From: a virus
Taxonomy: Duplodnaviria; Caudoviricetes
Strand: one strand, 5' to 3'
DNA length: 42,493 nucleotides
IMG/VR virus record: IMGVR_UViG_3300017747_000960
Location: 1 to 42,493 of that record
Shown: positions 39,712-42,493 of the stretch, piece after piece
Layout of the letters: every line of letters starts with the position of its first letter
Numbering within the stretch: position 1 is the stretch's first letter
Notes under the pieces: model-generated
Seen by the model: the letters and a program-made list of their open reading frames with translations, nothing else
The model's database searches: none
What the model was told of the DNA's origin: nothing
Made by a program: the position numbers and the translations under genes

Positions 39712-40928
39712 TAGAACGCTCCACCAATGATCCCTACAGGAAGGCGCAATCCAGTTGCGGCTAAGGTGCCTGCGTTAACGCCAGCAATTGCAAAGCCCAA
39801 CTGGTTTGAAGCGGCAAGATACAAACCAGTCGTTGAACTACCAGTGAATGACAGAGATGGAGCGGCCGCAGAACCGTTACCCAATGTCAATGCATTGATG
39901 AATGATGAAGTTGAGGTCTGTGCGTTGTAAACGTTTGTGCCATCACAAATTGCAAGAATTGTTTGATTCTGAGGCAAGCTGACTGTCAACGCTCCACCAA
40001 CACCAGTTGAGAACGTTAAAGTAAATGCGCCAGACGTGTTGTTGCGGAACGAATACAACTGCACCGTTGGGGGAAGAATGACCGTGCAATTTGATGTCAA
40101 AGTGCCTGTGTATTCTTGAATGATGCTGGCCGCCTCAGCAGAGGTCAACGTCACAGTTCCACCAGTGACATTCTTGGTCAACTGAGTGAAGAAGAACGTT
40201 GCAGACTGGCCGTATTCGTAGCTGTAGAAGGTTGTCCCGTCAGTCACAAGAACAAACGACTCAGCAATTTGCAATTGCTTGCTGACTTCACCGTCAATAG
40301 TGTTTGCTCCACTTGGAACAACGTTCAGAATACCAGTGCCATCGTTTTTGATGATGGCGTACCAACTTGCACCAGCAGATGCCGCCGCTGGCAAAGTAAC
40401 AGTACCAGCACCGCCAGTCCAAACGTACAAAGACGATTGGTCTTCTGGGAGCATTTGATAGTCAGATGAAAACGTCGTGACGGGAGTCACTGTGTTCAGC
40501 GTGGTGCTTACGGCATTAAGGCCGTAGCCTGCCAGTGTGGCCGCATTTGCCGCAGAAGTTCCTGCGCCAAACGTCACCGTGCCCCATGTGCCATTGATGG
40601 TGGCGTTGTTGGTAACGTAGATATATTGAGCGATACCTGAAGCAATCGACACAATCGTGGTGCCGCTTGTGTTTACCACCGTAAAAGAATTGGCTCCGAT
40701 ATTGCGAATCAATGCACTCTGTCCAGTAGACACAGAAGTGGCTGGAGGCATGTACAACTTCAAGCCTGCGGTTGAGGCAGTTACCTCAATGATGTTGGCA
40801 ACAACACTGTCCGTATTGCCATTGATTGGCCACTGAAGGATTGTGTCGGTTGTAATGGTCAGTTGTTCGTAGCCCACTTGTGATGGGCTGATCGTCTGAC
40901 CTGTGTATGGGTTTATGTAACTTGTCAT
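39711..40928 (-). CDS. Tail protein (fibre/spike-associated)
   Basis: 405 aa Thr/Gly-rich, repeated xLPxA...I(R/K)N.G beta modules, C-terminal GSAAAPSLSF...TGLY. Confidence 0.65.
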   Translation of the reverse strand: MTSYINPYTGQTISPSQVGYEQLTITTDTILQWPINGNTDSVVANIIEVTASTAGLKLYMPPATSVSTGQSALIRNIGANSFTVVNTSGTTIVSIASGIAQYIYVTNNATINGTWGTVTFGAGTSAANAATLAGYGLNAVSTTLNTVTPVTTFSSDYQMLPEDQSSLYVWTGGAGTVTLPAAASAGASWYAIIKNDGTGILNVVPSGANTIDGEVSKQLQIAESFVLVTDGTTFYSYEYGQSATFFFTQLTKNVTGGTVTLTSAEAASIIQEYTGTLTSNCTVILPPTVQLYSFRNNTSGAFTLTFSTGVGGALTVSLPQNQTILAICDGTNVYNAQTSTSSFINALTLGNGSAAAPSLSFTGSSTTGLYLAASNQLGFAIAGVNAGTLAATGLRLPVGIIGGAF

Positions 40929-40930
40929 TT

Positions 40931-41569
40931 TTAGGAATCCACGGCAACGGCTTGACGATCACCAACTCGCGCCACATCCTCAGACTTGAGTGATTGGAGT
41001 GATTCGGTGTACTTCTGTTGGAAGATCACACGCTGGTCGTTTTTCAAGAACTGCATGGCTTGCAACAGGGTTCCAAACAGCATAGCGTTCGGGGCGTTTT
41101 GAGTCAGCCAGTTTGTCTGGTTGGTAGAACTCAATGGTGCAATGCGCTCGTAGTAGAGAACCTCAAAGGCATAAGCCAAATCAGGTGTTGGGGCAATGTA
41201 CCAGTGCTCCCAATCGGTGTCGGCATAGTACAAGGGCACATTGGTCTCATCGGCATCTGGCCAATAGTTCTTCAAATACTCATACTTGCGCAGATAGACG
41301 GGTTGCTTTTTACCACCCACGGTCACGCTCATTGATACCGTCTTACGCCAGCGTGCTGGTTTTTGCAAAATGGCATTGCTTGCAGTCATGGTTGACTCAA
41401 CAATTTGCAATTGGCCAAGGGTTTTAATTGCTTGGGCAATCTCAAACTCGGCCAGCGAGATAAATGTGGGAATCGCATTGACAACAGCGGTGTCACTTCG
41501 CTCCAAATACTGAAGTACCGTGGAGGTCAAACTGTCATACGTCATCACCCATGATGGGATTGTTGTCAT
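40931..41569 (-). CDS. Tail adaptor / tubular protein A-like
   Basis: MTYDSL...YLER...FISLAE, IAPTPD, TNWL...PNAMLFGTL pattern. Confidence 0.7.
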   Translation of the reverse strand: MTTIPSWVMTYDSLTSTVLQYLERSDTAVVNAIPTFISLAEFEIAQAIKTLGQLQIVESTMTASNAILQKPARWRKTVSMSVTVGGKKQPVYLRKYEYLKNYWPDADETNVPLYYADTDWEHWYIAPTPDLAYAFEVLYYERIAPLSSTNQTNWLTQNAPNAMLFGTLLQAMQFLKNDQRVIFQQKYTESLQSLKSEDVARVGDRQAVAVDS

Positions 41570-41581
41570 CGCATCGTCCCT

Positions 41582-41923
41582 TTATCCTACGTTGCGCTCA
41601 AAATGAGGGCAATCTACGAGTGATTTGAAGTTGCCGCCCCAGCGATTCTTTGGGTGTAAGGACTCCCAGTATGCGCCCAATGGAGCAAGCGTCTCCTTGT
41701 CCCAAATTATCGCGCCACCCTTGAAGAAGTTCAAGTCGATAGCGCATCGTTTAAGGTGAATCGAATTCATGGTCTTCGAGCGGCCTGCTTTGACGTGCAG
41801 GGCCTGTTGTTCAGGGGTGCGTGCCAACTCCCCGCCAGTGACCATAAAGCCCTGATCTGTGGCGTATTTAATGAGGGAGCAGGCATCCAGCAGGAATGCG
41901 GCTTGTTCTTGACTCAGGCTCAT
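41582..41923 (-). CDS. Endolysin, M15-family (L-Ala-D-Glu) peptidase
   Basis: RTPEQQ, SIHLKRCAID, WGG and DCPHFE Zn-peptidase motifs. Confidence 0.88.
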   Translation of the reverse strand: MSLSQEQAAFLLDACSLIKYATDQGFMVTGGELARTPEQQALHVKAGRSKTMNSIHLKRCAIDLNFFKGGAIIWDKETLAPLGAYWESLHPKNRWGGNFKSLVDCPHFERNVG

Positions 41924-42438
41924 TCTTTGTCCTTTCTGCGCATCTCCATGACCTTCTCAACGGTGCGGCCACCAAAGTAGGCTGTCATGACCAACATACC
42001 CCACTGACCTAGCAGGTTGACGTAAGCCTCATTGACCTCAATACCTGCGGCACTTAGACCTGCAAACAGCAGATAGGCAGTCAGGATATAAACCAAAGTG
42101 CCGGGGCGAATGTTCTTTGACATCCAAGAGTCCGAAGACATATCAGCCTGCCAGCGTTTGCTGACGTTGTCTTCTTGATTTGCCTGCGCCTTGAGTAGTG
42201 CTTGCAACTCTTCTTGCTCAATTCGAGCCTTCTCAATGCCAAGTTCAAGCAGGCGCTCTTCGTGGTCAAACTGAAGCTGGCGCAATTTGGCAACTTCAGC
42301 ATCAGATGGGTTGTCGGAAATCTTCACGCCCAGCGCGTTCTCAACAACTTCTTTGCCCTTTGCTTGAATCGCAGAAGACAAAAGGCCCAGACCGTTCTGA
42401 GCCAATGTACCAAGCAGTGATGCAACGATTGGAATCAT
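41920..42438 (-). CDS. Holin-like membrane protein
   Basis: RWQADM.SDSWMSKNIRP, two hydrophobic helices, AYFGGR; coupled to the endolysin; start may be GTG 42444. Confidence 0.7.
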   Translation of the reverse strand: MIPIVASLLGTLAQNGLGLLSSAIQAKGKEVVENALGVKISDNPSDAEVAKLRQLQFDHEERLLELGIEKARIEQEELQALLKAQANQEDNVSKRWQADMSSDSWMSKNIRPGTLVYILTAYLLFAGLSAAGIEVNEAYVNLLGQWGMLVMTAYFGGRTVEKVMEMRRKDKE

Positions 42439-42493
42439 GGTCACCCTTTCAATTCAAAACTTAGATTTTTATGACGGGGGTACTGCACGACAC

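Larger units (their letters stand above)
1..42493. mobile_element. Tailed dsDNA bacteriophage genome (Caudoviricetes, podovirus-like), partial
   Basis: Terminase, portal, scaffold, capsid, tail adaptor/nozzle, ejection, lysis and replication genes in phage order; no host housekeeping genes; no tail tube, sheath or long tape-measure gene seen. Confidence 0.97.

Noticed and set aside
42441-42493. 3' end of a gene upstream of the holin (VVQYPRHKNLSFELKG-stop)
   Set aside because: Plausible but too short at the window edge to fix the frame or function.
1-42493. Integrase/att sites, DNA polymerase, reverse transcriptase or diversity-generating retroelement
   Set aside because: No such motifs or template/variable repeat pair seen; part of the genome lies outside the window, so absence is not proven.

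Overview
The whole window is most of the genome of a tailed dsDNA phage with podovirus-type organisation; both ends cut through genes. Almost everything is on the minus strand. Reading from the right end: holin and M15-type endolysin; tail adaptor, tail protein and nozzle; an ACP + ketosynthase + GNAT-like cassette; four ejection-type proteins, the last a lytic transglycosylase; a short plus-strand SSB/exonuclease operon; Cro-like regulator, ParB-like protein, SF2 helicase and Toprim primase; a C4-like RNA region; many small early genes; TerS and TerL; a polyvalent effector polyprotein; portal, GroES, scaffold, decoration protein and major capsid. No DNA polymerase, integrase, tRNA or CRISPR array was seen. 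Most notable: (1) an acyl-carrier protein and an intact Cys-His-His ketosynthase are translationally coupled into the virion ejection module, just upstream of two unusually Cys-rich ejection proteins, suggesting phage-encoded lipidation of virion proteins; (2) one of those proteins carries six TonB-box-like motifs, suggesting TonB-powered entry; (3) an A-x-G-G motif delimits the domains of a ~1390-codon effector polyprotein split by one in-frame TAG; (4) two families of 17-bp palindromes (one parS-like), 19-bp-spacer promoters, a covarying leader hairpin and a boxB-like hairpin. All family assignments come from motif recognition by eye, not from database searches.
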